Shown one piece after another: positions 47,545-57,540 of a stretch of DNA of 64,000 bases. Location: positions 148,473 through 212,472 of the forward strand of contig JAGYKL010000001.1 of assembly GCA_018401705.1 (NCBI GenBank), written 5' to 3'. The number at the start of each line of letters is the position of its first letter. Positions within the stretch are counted from its first letter, which is position 1. The position numbers and the translations under genes were made by a program. Source of the DNA: Bacteroidia bacterium. GTDB taxonomy: Bacteria > Bacteroidota > Bacteroidia > M30B66. The notes below the pieces were generated by a model. It was not told the origin of the DNA, ran no database searches, and saw only the letters and a program-made list of their open reading frames with translations.

Positions 47545-48684
47545 ATGAAAATTGTAACTGTAATAGGAGCTAGACCTCAAATAATTAAAGCTGCAGCGTT
47601 AAGCAGAGCTATAAGGAATTTTGCTCATAAGGTAACTGAAATAATCGTTCATACAGGTCAACATTATGATGCCAATATGTCTGAAATATTTATTAATGAA
47701 CTAGGGATTCCATCACCTGATTATAATCTAAAAGTGGGTTCTGGCTCTCATGGAAGGCAAACAGCAGCTATGATTACAGGAATTGAGGAAGTACTTGAAA
47801 AAGAACAACCCAATTGGTTGGTGGTTTATGGTGATACTAATTCAACCTTGGCTGCTGCAGTTGCGGCCTCAAAAATGCACATTCCAATTGCACATATTGA
47901 GGCTGGATTAAGGTCTTTCAACAAACAAATGCCTGAAGAAGTAAATCGGATTCTTTGTGATCATGTATCGACATTGCTGTTTTCGCCAACTAAAAGCGGT
48001 TATCAGAATTTGATAAGTGAAGGCTTTAAAGACAATAAACCTCCCTTTTTCTCCGATAACCCTGGAATATATCATTGTGGAGACTTAATGTATGATAACA
48101 GCCTTTATTTCTCTGAAATAGCTCGTTCAAAAACTAGAATATATGAAGACCTTCAACTATACCAGCCTTTTATTTTAGCAACAATTCACAGAAATGCAAA
48201 TACTGATGATCCTAATAGATTAAATAGTTTGTTTAATGTGCTTGCAGATTTAAGTGAAGAAAACAATATTCGAATAATTCTGCCAGTCCATCCAAGAACC
48301 AGAAAGATGATGGATAGTTTTCTAAATGAAGAAGTAAAAAGCAAATTAGTGCAAAGTAAATTATCGATATGCGACCCTGCTTCCTTTTTAGAAATGATTG
48401 TTTTAGAGCAAAATGCTGAAATGGTTATAACAGATTCTGGAGGAGTACAAAAAGAAGCTTACTACTTTAAAAAGGCATGTATAATATTGAGGCCAGAAAC
48501 TGAATGGGTTGAAATTGTTGAGAACGGATGTGCTAGAATAGTTGATGCAGATGCAATAAAAATAAGAGAGGCTTTCCAATATTTTTTAAAAAATAAAAGC
48601 TCTTTGCAGTTTCCCGAAATATTCGGGGATGGTAGAGCAGCAGATTTCATTCTAAATGAGATGTATATTCACACTTTGAAGTAA
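47545..48684 (+). CDS. wecB: UDP-N-acetylglucosamine 2-epimerase (non-hydrolysing)
   Basis: MKIVTVIGARPQIIKAAALSRAI…IVHTGQHYD…M matches the epimerase N-terminus. Length is 379 aa. Confidence 0.9.
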   Translation: MKIVTVIGARPQIIKAAALSRAIRNFAHKVTEIIVHTGQHYDANMSEIFINELGIPSPDYNLKVGSGSHGRQTAAMITGIEEVLEKEQPNWLVVYGDTNSTLAAAVAASKMHIPIAHIEAGLRSFNKQMPEEVNRILCDHVSTLLFSPTKSGYQNLISEGFKDNKPPFFSDNPGIYHCGDLMYDNSLYFSEIARSKTRIYEDLQLYQPFILATIHRNANTDDPNRLNSLFNVLADLSEENNIRIILPVHPRTRKMMDSFLNEEVKSKLVQSKLSICDPASFLEMIVLEQNAEMVITDSGGVQKEAYYFKKACIILRPETEWVEIVENGCARIVDADAIKIREAFQYFLKNKSSLQFPEIFGDGRAADFILNEMYIHTLK

Positions 48685-48707
48685 ATGCTCAGAAAATTGG
48701 TATGTAA

Positions 48708-50012
48708 ATGTTATTAATTTACACTCATCGGCTTACATCTCGGAACAAGTACACTTTCAAGCTTATTTTTGAAGATATACTTGGCATCGATTTTAAAATT
48801 ACAACTGACAAGCAGGCTGTATTAACTTGGGAAGGTCCCAAGTTGACTTATTGCAGGCAGCCTGTGCAAGATGAGTTGTTTTTTTGCGCTACTGATTTAT
48901 TGTTTCAAACAGGAATAGTTGTTCAAGAGCCTGCAATGATAAGGTGGGGAGGTTCTAAAGTCTTTTTTCCTGTAAGCAAGGCCTCTGCACTTCCATTTGA
49001 CCCTTTTGCAGCTTCCTTTTTACTTGTGAGCAGATATGAAGAGTACTTGCCGCACTTAAAAGATGTGCACGGAAGGTATACCCCGTCGCAAAGTTTAGCT
49101 TTTCAAAATGGGTTTCTTCAGAAACCGGTAGTTAATCAATGGGCATGGGAAATTAAATCCCTTTTGGAGAAAAAGTTTGGTGAGATTAAGTGTAAAGAAC
49201 AAAAATACCGATTCACTCCAACAATAGATATTGATAATGCTTGGGCCTATCGTAACAAGGGTTTTATAAGGATAGCCGGAGGGTTGTTTTCTGATTTAGT
49301 AAACTTCAACCCGCAAGGGTTTAAAGATAGATTCAATTCAGTTTTTAGACTTTCCAATGACCCATACGACACTTACGACTATCAAGTAAAATTATTTGAA
49401 AGGTACGACCTGCATCCTATCTACTTTATTCTACTGGGAGAATATGCAACCTTCGACAAGAACGTTCCTCATCAGAATAAGCATATGCAATCTTTGATAA
49501 AATTCATGGGTGATATTGGAGATGTTGGTATTCATCCATCTTATGCTTCATCTGAAAGCCCAGAGAAAATCAGAAAAGAGATTTCGCGACTATCGCATAT
49601 TCTTCATCAGGAAATTCATTTAAGTCGTCAACACTTTCTAAAATTAAGCATCCCCGAAACTTATCAAAGACTGCTTGAGTACGACATCACTGATGATTAT
49701 ACAATGGGGTATGCCGATTTACCCGGTTTTAGAGCTAGCATCTGCAGCCCTTTCTATTTTTATGACCTTGACCTGGAGGTAGAAACTTCATTAAGAATTC
49801 ACCCATTTGCTATCATGGATGGAACATTAAAGGACTATATGAATATTGAACCAGAAAGAGCTATGGATATAATAACACCTTTAATTGATGCCGTTAAAGA
49901 AGTTCATGGAGAGTTTATTTCAATATGGCATAATGAATCTTTTGCAGAAAATGAACGTTGGAAGGGATGGAGAAAAATTTATGAAGATCATATCGAAGCA
50001 GCATTACCTTGA
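48708..50012 (+). CDS. Hypothetical protein (possibly polysaccharide-deacetylase-like)
   Basis: 434 aa, starting 24 bp after wecB. No signal peptide. I cannot place the canonical CE4 motifs, so the function is open. Confidence 0.45.
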   Translation: MLLIYTHRLTSRNKYTFKLIFEDILGIDFKITTDKQAVLTWEGPKLTYCRQPVQDELFFCATDLLFQTGIVVQEPAMIRWGGSKVFFPVSKASALPFDPFAASFLLVSRYEEYLPHLKDVHGRYTPSQSLAFQNGFLQKPVVNQWAWEIKSLLEKKFGEIKCKEQKYRFTPTIDIDNAWAYRNKGFIRIAGGLFSDLVNFNPQGFKDRFNSVFRLSNDPYDTYDYQVKLFERYDLHPIYFILLGEYATFDKNVPHQNKHMQSLIKFMGDIGDVGIHPSYASSESPEKIRKEISRLSHILHQEIHLSRQHFLKLSIPETYQRLLEYDITDDYTMGYADLPGFRASICSPFYFYDLDLEVETSLRIHPFAIMDGTLKDYMNIEPERAMDIITPLIDAVKEVHGEFISIWHNESFAENERWKGWRKIYEDHIEAALP

Positions 50013-50015
50013 AAA

Positions 50016-50948
50016 ATGAAGAATCTATTGGAAATCAGCTATGTAAAATATGCTGATATAAATAAGATTCTCTGGGATGAGAGTCTGTCTAAAGCAAAAA
50101 ACGCTTTAGTATATGCAAATAGTTGGTTCTTAGATACTGTTACAAATTATAACTGGGATGCTATAATTTCTGCAGATTACAAATGGATTATGCCAATGCC
50201 TGTAAAGTCTAAATATGGCGTCAAATATCTGGCTACTCCTCCTTTTGTTCAGCAACTAGGAATCTTCGGACCAGAGGAGCCTTCTAAAGAGCTAATAGAG
50301 CAATTCATAGATTTAGCCATTCAACGAATCTCATTTGTGGATTTCAATTTTAATTGGTTGAACAATGTTCCTGAAAATGAATCATTCATAAGAACTCAGC
50401 GAACAAATTTGATTCTTGCATGTGATAGTCCTTATGATTTATTGAAGCTAAATTTCACAGAAAATTTAACACGTAATATTCAAAAATCAGAAAAAGCTAG
50501 TATCAGATTCAGTCCGTGTTCAATAAGAAATATTATTAAATTATTTCAAGAAAGTAAAGGAAAGGACTTGAAAGTTGCAACTACTGAATGGTATAATCAA
50601 ATTGATCAAATTTATAATGTAGCTTCACTTAGATTTAAAGGAAGGTGCCTAGGAGCATATAACGAGGCCGGTGAATTATTGGCAGGAATGTTCGTTACCG
50701 AGTGGCAAGGCAGAGCAACTTTTTTATTCTCAGGAAATTCAGAAGAAGGTAAGATGGCTGCAGCTCTACCTGCTCTTATAAATTATTATCTTAAGCATAT
50801 TCCTAATGAAATTGAGATTTTTGATTTTGAAGGATCAGACAATGAAGGCTTAAAACGTTTTTACAAGAGTTTTGGCTCAGTTGAATCGAACTACGTACAT
50901 TTGAAGATAAATCGTTTGCCTAAATATCTTCGTTGGTTAAAAGCCTGA
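50016..50948 (+). CDS. Hypothetical protein, GNAT/FemAB-like acyltransferase fold suspected
   Basis: 310 aa, starting 4 bp after the preceding gene. The weak resemblance to BioF2-like/FemAB acetyltransferase domains is from memory only. Confidence 0.4.
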   Translation: MKNLLEISYVKYADINKILWDESLSKAKNALVYANSWFLDTVTNYNWDAIISADYKWIMPMPVKSKYGVKYLATPPFVQQLGIFGPEEPSKELIEQFIDLAIQRISFVDFNFNWLNNVPENESFIRTQRTNLILACDSPYDLLKLNFTENLTRNIQKSEKASIRFSPCSIRNIIKLFQESKGKDLKVATTEWYNQIDQIYNVASLRFKGRCLGAYNEAGELLAGMFVTEWQGRATFLFSGNSEEGKMAAALPALINYYLKHIPNEIEIFDFEGSDNEGLKRFYKSFGSVESNYVHLKINRLPKYLRWLKA

Positions 50949-50954
50949 TTAAAT

Positions 50955-51605
50955 ATGTCAAAAATCCTGAGTAAAGAGAATTCCCTTGTTAGTGTCTACA
51001 TAAGCGAATTAAGAGATGTAGAAATACAAAAAGACAGCATGAGATTTAGAAGGAATCTTGAGCGTCTTGGTGAAATATTCGCTTATGAAATAAGTAAAGA
51101 ACTCGAATACACTCAGAAAGAAATTACTACACCACTTGGTGTATCCACCATGAACGTGTTGAAAGAACAACCTGTTATTTCAACTATTCTAAGGGCAGGG
51201 CTACCCGTTCATGAAGGAATGTTAAGTTTTTTCGACAGAGCAGAGAATGCATTTGTTTCTGCTTATCGCAAACATCATAAAGACAATACATTTGAGATTA
51301 AAATTGAATACTTAAGCAGCCCTTCAATTGACGATAAAGTGCTTATCATTTGCGACCCTATGCTTGCTACAGGCCAATCGATGTTTCTTGCCTATAAAGC
51401 TTTATTACAACGTGGTAAACCCAGACATATTCATGTTGTAGGCTTAATTGCTAGTCAGGAAGGAGTTAATTATGTTGAAAGCCACTTCCCTGAAAACACA
51501 ACTATTTGGCTGGGAGCTGTTGATGACGAACTTACTGCAAAGTCATACATTGTTCCTGGCTTAGGAGATGCAGGAGACTTAGCTTATGGCAAGAAGCTTG
51601 GATAA
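50955..51605 (+). CDS. upp: Uracil phosphoribosyltransferase
   Basis: 216 aa. PRPP-binding motif …VLIICDPMLATGQS… and a C-terminal …YIVPGLGDAGD… loop typical of UPRTase. Confidence 0.9.
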   Translation: MSKILSKENSLVSVYISELRDVEIQKDSMRFRRNLERLGEIFAYEISKELEYTQKEITTPLGVSTMNVLKEQPVISTILRAGLPVHEGMLSFFDRAENAFVSAYRKHHKDNTFEIKIEYLSSPSIDDKVLIICDPMLATGQSMFLAYKALLQRGKPRHIHVVGLIASQEGVNYVESHFPENTTIWLGAVDDELTAKSYIVPGLGDAGDLAYGKKLG

Positions 51606-51661
51606 TTTTTGCAACACCTTGTTAATATTTTCGTTATATTACAAGTAGTATCTTCGATTCA

Positions 51662-52132
51662 ATGATTACCTTTCTCAGAACTCTGTCATTATTCTTATTA
51701 ACATCGGTTAAATTCGTTGTTGGGGTTCCCGCTGCTTACGCAGCGATGAAGATGACGTTTTGGGAATTATCCGCATTTTCCTCAATTTCAGGAATCTTCG
51801 GAGTAGCATGTTTCGTTTTTTTAAGCGATTGGCTTTTTAAAATATGGGGAAATCTTAAAATGAAATACTTCCCTCCAAAGGAAACAGCCAAGAAGCGCAA
51901 AGTTTTTTCCAAGTCAGCCAGACGTTATGTTTCTATTGTAAGGAAATATGGTCTAGCCGGATTAGCCCTATTAACTCCTACTCTATTATCGATACCAATA
52001 GGCACAATTCTGGCAAGGAAGTTTTTTCCAAATAGAACAAAAGTCTTTATCTATTTGAGTGGATCAGTAATACTTTGGGCAGTTGCTATTTCTGCTATAC
52101 TGCATTTTCCATCATTGATTAATTTCAAATAA
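51662..52132 (+). CDS. Small multi-pass membrane protein, function unknown
   Basis: 156 aa, four hydrophobic helices. Abuts the next gene. Confidence 0.4.
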   Translation: MITFLRTLSLFLLTSVKFVVGVPAAYAAMKMTFWELSAFSSISGIFGVACFVFLSDWLFKIWGNLKMKYFPPKETAKKRKVFSKSARRYVSIVRKYGLAGLALLTPTLLSIPIGTILARKFFPNRTKVFIYLSGSVILWAVAISAILHFPSLINFK

Positions 52133-52828
52133 ATGAATAATGTCGGGCATTTATTTTTCGACCTAGACAGAACGATCTGGGATTATGAAACTAATAGCAG
52201 AGAGACTCTCGTAGATTTATATCAAGAACATTTACTACATAAAACTCTATCATCGCAAGATGAATTCATTGAAGTTTTTAGAGTTGAGAATGCTAAGCTA
52301 TGGGACCTATTCACAGCAAATAAGATTGATAAGGAATTTCTAAGAAATGAACGTTTCTATAAAAGCATTCAGAAAATTGGGGTTGACAACAAAAGTTTGG
52401 GTTTAGCTATGGAAGATCATTACATTGAGAACACACCTTCTAAGAAGCTACTAATTCCTGGAGCTTTAGAAACCCTAAGCTATTTAAACAAGAAATACAC
52501 ACTTCATATCATAACCAACGGTTTTGAGGATGTTCAACACTTTAAATTAAGAAACTGCGGAATTGACCACTTTTTTAAAGAAGTGATTACCAGCGATGGG
52601 GCTAAAGCAAGAAAACCTAATAATGAGATTTTTGACTATGCTCTAAAAAAGGCCGGAGTTTCAAGTGAGGAAAGTGTGATGATAGGAGATGATCCTGAGG
52701 TGGATATCTTGGGAGCTATTAAAGCAGGATGGAGCAACGCAATTTTAGTAAACACAATGAATATGAATCACTCTTTAGAAAACGTTACTGAGGTTTTTGA
52801 ATTAACTGAGCTTATCAGCATACTATAA
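52133..52828 (+). CDS. HAD-family hydrolase (YjjG-like noncanonical pyrimidine nucleotidase)
   Basis: HAD motif I FFDLDRTIWD, motif II …ITNG…, motif III/IV …K…GDD. Length is 231 aa. Confidence 0.75.
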   Translation: MNNVGHLFFDLDRTIWDYETNSRETLVDLYQEHLLHKTLSSQDEFIEVFRVENAKLWDLFTANKIDKEFLRNERFYKSIQKIGVDNKSLGLAMEDHYIENTPSKKLLIPGALETLSYLNKKYTLHIITNGFEDVQHFKLRNCGIDHFFKEVITSDGAKARKPNNEIFDYALKKAGVSSEESVMIGDDPEVDILGAIKAGWSNAILVNTMNMNHSLENVTEVFELTELISIL

Positions 52829-52866
52829 AAAAAGCCCGTCATACAATGTATAACGGGCTTTTTTAA
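52829..52866. terminator. Bidirectional intrinsic terminator
   Basis: aaaaaaa-GCCCGTcatacaatgtataACGGGC-ttttttaaa, between convergent genes. Confidence 0.8.
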
Positions 52867-52886
52867 ATTTTCTTGATTCTATGGAA

Positions 52887-53237
52887 CTACTTCGCGTGTC
52901 CGCTACCGGTTGGTGAAGAAGTTTTTTCTCCAGTTCCTTCGGCGCAAGATTTACCTGCTCCTTTTGAGCTGCAGCAACTTTTTGCTTTGGCAGCACCAGC
53001 ATTACCTGATTCAGTGGCTGCACTTCCTTTAGCTCCATCTTCGTGACAAGATTTAGCAGCATCTTTTGAGCAACAAGCTTTTTCAGATTTCTTCTTTTTC
53101 TTTTTGTCTTTATCCTTATCATCAGAAGCTTTAACGATAAGAGAACTTTGAGCATCATTCGAAAAAGATGCTGAAGCAACTGCATATGCACCTCCAGTGA
53201 AAGCAGCTAAGCAAAGTATGGCAATTATTTTTTTCAT
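52887..53237 (-). CDS. Small secreted cysteine-rich low-complexity protein with duplicated CC-x(7-8)-C motif
   Basis: Signal peptide MKKIIAILCLAAFTGGAYA. K/D/A/G/S-rich mature part with KACCSKDAAKSCHEDG and KSCCSSKGAGKSCAEG, plus a C-terminal GSGH. The overlapping ORF 52823..53191 in another frame is taken as spurious. Confidence 0.6.
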   Translation of the reverse strand: MKKIIAILCLAAFTGGAYAVASASFSNDAQSSLIVKASDDKDKDKKKKKKSEKACCSKDAAKSCHEDGAKGSAATESGNAGAAKAKSCCSSKGAGKSCAEGTGEKTSSPTGSGHAK

Positions 53238-53296
53238 TTCTTTAAATTATACATCAAAGATACAATATTAAATACACTCTTTATCAGAAAACTGAA

Positions 53297-53947
53297 TTAG
53301 ATTGTTGCAATTTTTGTTAATCCGCCTTTCACCACATCGCCCAATTTAACAAGCACATTTGCATCTGTTGGTAAAAGAATATCTACCCTGCTGCCAAACT
53401 TGATAAATCCGAATTCGCCTCCCTGTTGAGCATCTTCACCAACTTTACAATAGGTTTTGATTCTACGAGCTACGTAACCGGCAATTTGCCTTAGCAAAAT
53501 GCTTTTTGACCCATTTTCAACAACAACAGTTGTTCTTTCATTCTCAGTAGAGGATTTTGGATGGCTTGCAACTAAGTATAAGCCTTCATGGTATTTGAAA
53601 TATGCAACCTTACCTGAAATAGCATATCGATTAATATGAACATTTAAGGGCGACATAAATACTGATACCTGAATTCTTTTGGTTTTGTAATATTCAGGCT
53701 CATCAACTTCTTCAATAGCTACAATCTCTCCATCTGCCGGACAAAGCACCCAATCGCCAATATTTTGTTTTCTAGATGGATTTCTAAAGAATTGAAGCAC
53801 TAGTAAATAAAATACCAGCGACACAAATATTGAAGCGAAGTGTATAAGTTGAACTTGAGGAAAAAGAGTGAAAATTGAAATGTTGATTATCAATAGGATA
53901 ATAAACAAAACAATTAACATTCTATGACCTTCTCGGTGTATAGTCAT
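53297..53947 (-). CDS. psd: Phosphatidylserine decarboxylase proenzyme
   Basis: 216 aa. N-terminal TM helix, …CPADGEIV… segment, and the FGSR self-cleavage region (…FGFIKFGSRVDILLP…). Confidence 0.88.
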   Translation of the reverse strand: MTIHREGHRMLIVLFIILLIINISIFTLFPQVQLIHFASIFVSLVFYLLVLQFFRNPSRKQNIGDWVLCPADGEIVAIEEVDEPEYYKTKRIQVSVFMSPLNVHINRYAISGKVAYFKYHEGLYLVASHPKSSTENERTTVVVENGSKSILLRQIAGYVARRIKTYCKVGEDAQQGGEFGFIKFGSRVDILLPTDANVLVKLGDVVKGGLTKIATI

Positions 53948-54001
53948 TAATTAGAATGTTTAGGAAAAGGTTGATAAGATAACCAAATAAAATACCCGTT
54001 C

Positions 54002-54346
54002 TTAGATGTGCATGTATTCCTTCTTTGCAAGAAGCTGTTCTTCAGTTTCTCTATGATCAGGGTCATCAACACAACAGTCAACAGGACAAACAGCAGCGCA
54101 TTGTGGTTCATCATGGAAACCTACACATTCGGTACATTTATCGCTCACTATATAGTAAACATCCATGGCTTTGGGCTCTTGAGTTTGTTCAGCATCGTAA
54201 CTGCCACTTGGAGCAGTTATCTGACCTTTTAATGAAGTTCCGTCAGAAAATCTCCACTCAGTGCCTCCTTCATAGATAGCGTTATTAGGGCATTCCGGCT
54301 CACATGCGCCGCAATTAATACATTCATCAGTGATCATGATCGCCAT
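54002..54346 (-). CDS. 4Fe-4S dicluster ferredoxin
   Basis: [12 protein letters not shown] and CTECVGF…CAAVCPVDC cysteine motifs. Confidence 0.9.
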   Translation of the reverse strand: MAIMITDECINCGACEPECPNNAIYEGGTEWRFSDGTSLKGQITAPSGSYDAEQTQEPKAMDVYYIVSDKCTECVGFHDEPQCAAVCPVDCCVDDPDHRETEEQLLAKKEYMHI

Positions 54347-54394
54347 AAACGTCAGATTTAAGGGTTATTTTTGCAGCGCAAAACTAAGATATAA

Positions 54395-55375
54395 TTGCAT
54401 TCACTCATGACTTTAGAACAACGAAAACTTGCATTTGTTGAATTGGGCAAAGAGATCAGAGCCTCTTTAGACCAGTCGCAAAGCTCTGAGAACCTGACAA
54501 TAAGACAACAACAATTAAGAACTCTTTGCGAAAGAATTCATCTCAGCAATGGCTGGTTTACAGAGGAAAATGTCAATACTGCCTTGGAGAATATTTCAGA
54601 AATGTTGACCAAAAAAGCCATAAATGATTGGTTAGGATCATACAATTTGATTGAAAATGAAGATGAAACATTAAAAACCATTGGGGTTGTAATGGCAGGT
54701 AATATCCCCGCAGTTGGATTTCACGACTTTTTATGCGTTCTAATTTCTGGAAATGTTATTAAAGCAAAACTATCAAGCTCTGATAATATTCTTATTCCAG
54801 CTTTAGCTGCAATGCTGGTTGGCATTGAGCCTAAATTTGCTGACAGAATAATTTTCACAGAAGATAGACTCACATCTATTGATGCTATAATTGCAACTGG
54901 CAGCAATAATTCATCAAGATACTTTGACTTTTATTTTAGTCGATTTCCTAATATCATTAGAAAAAACCGAACATCAGTTGCTATTCTAACCGGTAAAGAA
55001 AGCCCATCGGATATACAAAACCTTTATAACGATGTTTTTAAGTATTATGGCCTAGGATGTCGAAATGTCTCCAAGATATTTATTCCTTTTGATTATGATT
55101 TAATTGCAATGTTAAACGGGGCTACCGGATGGGAAAGAGTCGCAGAAAACAAAAAATACTTTAATAATTACGAGTACAATAAAGCGATTTACCTTGTTAA
55201 TAATGTACCTCATTTTGATAATGGTTTCTTACTCCTTAAGGAGGATGATTCTTTTCATTCTCCAGTTAGTGTTGTTCTTTATGAAAGATATCATCAGATT
55301 GATGATGTCATTGAAAACCTAAAGGATAGATCAACTGAAATCCAGTGTATTATATCCTTCCAATTGAAAATATAA
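54395..55375 (+). CDS. Acyl-CoA reductase (LuxC-like)
   Basis: 326 aa, divergent from the ferredoxin gene. I recall this LuxC-family/ferredoxin pairing as common in Bacteroidetes. The assignment rests on overall pattern, not on a single motif. Confidence 0.55.
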   Translation: MHSLMTLEQRKLAFVELGKEIRASLDQSQSSENLTIRQQQLRTLCERIHLSNGWFTEENVNTALENISEMLTKKAINDWLGSYNLIENEDETLKTIGVVMAGNIPAVGFHDFLCVLISGNVIKAKLSSSDNILIPALAAMLVGIEPKFADRIIFTEDRLTSIDAIIATGSNNSSRYFDFYFSRFPNIIRKNRTSVAILTGKESPSDIQNLYNDVFKYYGLGCRNVSKIFIPFDYDLIAMLNGATGWERVAENKKYFNNYEYNKAIYLVNNVPHFDNGFLLLKEDDSFHSPVSVVLYERYHQIDDVIENLKDRSTEIQCIISFQLKI

Positions 55376-55480
55376 ATTCAATACCTTTGAAGCAGTCAAC
55401 AACCATCAGTGAATGATTATGCTGATGGCGAAGACACTATGTCGTTTTTATTGTCCCTTTCAAAAACAGTCATTAACTAA

Positions 55481-55969
55481 TTGATAATGAAACATCTCCT
55501 ATATTTAACCTTAACAGTACTTTCAATCTCCAATATGAATGCTCAAAATCCAGAACAGCCAATTATTACAGGCGAGTTCACTGACTCTGTTACGCATAGT
55601 GCTTGGTTTAATGATTGGCAAAATCTACATGGGGAAACGTTTATAGCTGAAGTTAGTCTTAAAGAACTTCGTTCAAAAAATTTAAAGGATATTTCTGTTG
55701 TAGTTATTCTTGGAACTTGGTGCGAAGACAGTCAAGTGCATGTACCAGCTCTTTTAGATTGCTTTAAAGGAACTGAGGTGCCCATAAAAATAATCGGCGT
55801 AAATCGTGAAAAAGAATGCCCCTTTAAGCCAAAGGAATGTAAAAACTGGGATATTGAGTTTGTGCCCACAATAAAAATATTGAAATCCAATGTAGAAATT
55901 GGAAGAATCGTTGAATCTCCGTCAAAATCTTTAGAAGAGGATTTAATTGAAATAATTGATAAAAATTAA
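55481..55969 (+). CDS. Thioredoxin-fold (TlpA-like) lipoprotein or periplasmic protein
   Basis: Signal peptide (…LTVLSISNMNAQN). Thioredoxin-like segment …VVILGTWCEDSQVHVP… (WC-x-x-S variant of CxxC). Confidence 0.5.
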   Translation: MIMKHLLYLTLTVLSISNMNAQNPEQPIITGEFTDSVTHSAWFNDWQNLHGETFIAEVSLKELRSKNLKDISVVVILGTWCEDSQVHVPALLDCFKGTEVPIKIIGVNREKECPFKPKECKNWDIEFVPTIKILKSNVEIGRIVESPSKSLEEDLIEIIDKN

Positions 55970-55992
55970 TATTAAGACAAAGCTGAATTCAA

Positions 55993-57534
55993 TTGAAAAT
56001 ATTTGATTTGGAAATGCTACGGATACAATTAAGCTTTATTTTCTTGATTTTAATTGGCAAAATTGAAGGACAAGCCATTTTTTGCCCTGAAATAGAATCG
56101 CACTTAAAAACATTAAACAAAAAATTTCCATTCGGTGTTGCTTCAGGAGATCCAAGAGAAAATTCAATTGTATTATGGACAAGTATTTATCCATCTGATA
56201 AGATGGATAAATTGGAAGTCGCATATCAAGTTTCAGAAGATTCCTTATTTTATTCAATCAGTGCTGAAGGTCTGCTTAAAGTTGAGAAGTCGAATGCATA
56301 TTGTATTAATGTTCAAGCAGTCGGTTTAATTGAAGGGAAGAAATATTTCTATCGTTTTCGTTTTGAGAATGATTATTCTCCTATTGGGAGAACGTATACT
56401 GCAAACTCGAATAGTTCAAAATTAAAGTTCGGTGTTGTGAGTTGCAGCAACTATGAATGGGGATATTTTAATGCATATGGCGCTTTGGCGAAAGAGAAAG
56501 ACCTTCAGGCGATTATTCATCTTGGTGACTATATTTATGAATATCAGCCAGGAAAGTATGGCAATCAAAAACTTTCTCGTAAGCATTTGCCATCCAAAGA
56601 AATTATTACAGAAGAGGATTACAGAAGCCGATACGCTCAATATCGTTTAGACCCAGATCTCCAGGAATTACACAGACTATATCCATTCGTAAGCATTTGG
56701 GATGATCATGAGATTGCGAATGATACCTATAAGGATGGAGCTCAAAATCATCAGCCAGATGAGGGACCCTGGGAACAAAGAAAAAACATAGCAAAAAAAG
56801 TTTATTTTGAATGGCTTCCAATTGAAAGTTCACCTCACTATCAAATTAGAAGAAAGTTCCAATTTGGCAAGATGGCTGATTTGTTCATGCTTGATGGCCG
56901 TTTAGAAGGCCGAAGCAAACAAGTCAGTGGAATTAATGATCCTATTCGATATGATTCGAATAGAACCATGCTAGGTCAAGAACAAGCTGAATGGTTAATA
57001 AAGGAAGTTTCGAATTCAAAAGCTAAATGGAAGATAATTGGTAATCAAGTGATCTTCTCTGCTTTTGATTATCCATCCAAATTAAAAACCTATTCAAAGA
57101 GCATGGATATGTGGGAAGGATATCCGGTTGAGAGAAATAGGATATTAAATGCATGAAATAATGCAGGAATCCAAGATATTGTAATCCTTACAGGAGATGT
57201 ACATGCGTCCTTCTCTATGGAATTAAGAAGAAACATACAAGATGAATCTTCAAGAATGGGTGCTGAATGGGTTACAACAAGTATTACTTCTAGTAACCTT
57301 AATGAATATACATCAACCTGGAAGGTTAGAGTAGTCGAAAAATGGTTTAGAGAAAAAAATATGAATCCTCACATGAATCATATTGACTTAAGAAATCATG
57401 GTTTTTTGATTCTGGAATTAACAGAAAATGAAGCAACAGGATACTGGAACTATGTTAAAACCTTAACTCTTAAAAATCAGAAAATCAAGAAGGTAGTTAA
57501 AAGGAGTTTGGTCCATCATGAGTTCAGAGATTAG
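55993..57534 (+). pseudogene. phoD: PhoD-family alkaline phosphatase/phosphodiesterase interrupted by a single in-frame TGA (57154..57156)
   Basis: ORFs 55993..57156 and 57217..57534 are in the same frame (both coordinates ≡1 mod 3). The 20 intervening codons, NNAGIQDIVILTGDVHASFS, continue a PhoD-like sequence (…ERNRILNA*NNAGIQDIVILTGDVHAS…). PhoD calcineurin-like motifs are present (…IHLGDYIYEY…, …WDDHEIAND…). Confidence 0.75.
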
Positions 57535-57540
57535 TTTTAG

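Noticed and set aside
52823-53191. 122-aa ORF overlapping the Cys-rich gene in another frame
   Set aside because: It has no signal peptide or recognisable features. It is generated by the low-complexity GC-richer coding repeat of the real gene (52887..53237), which has a strong signal peptide.
57154-57156. TGA as selenocysteine or an alternative genetic code
   Set aside because: Other genes in the window terminate normally with TGA/TAA/TAG. PhoD is not a selenoprotein, and I see no SECIS-like hairpin immediately downstream. Nonsense mutation or sequencing error is more likely.
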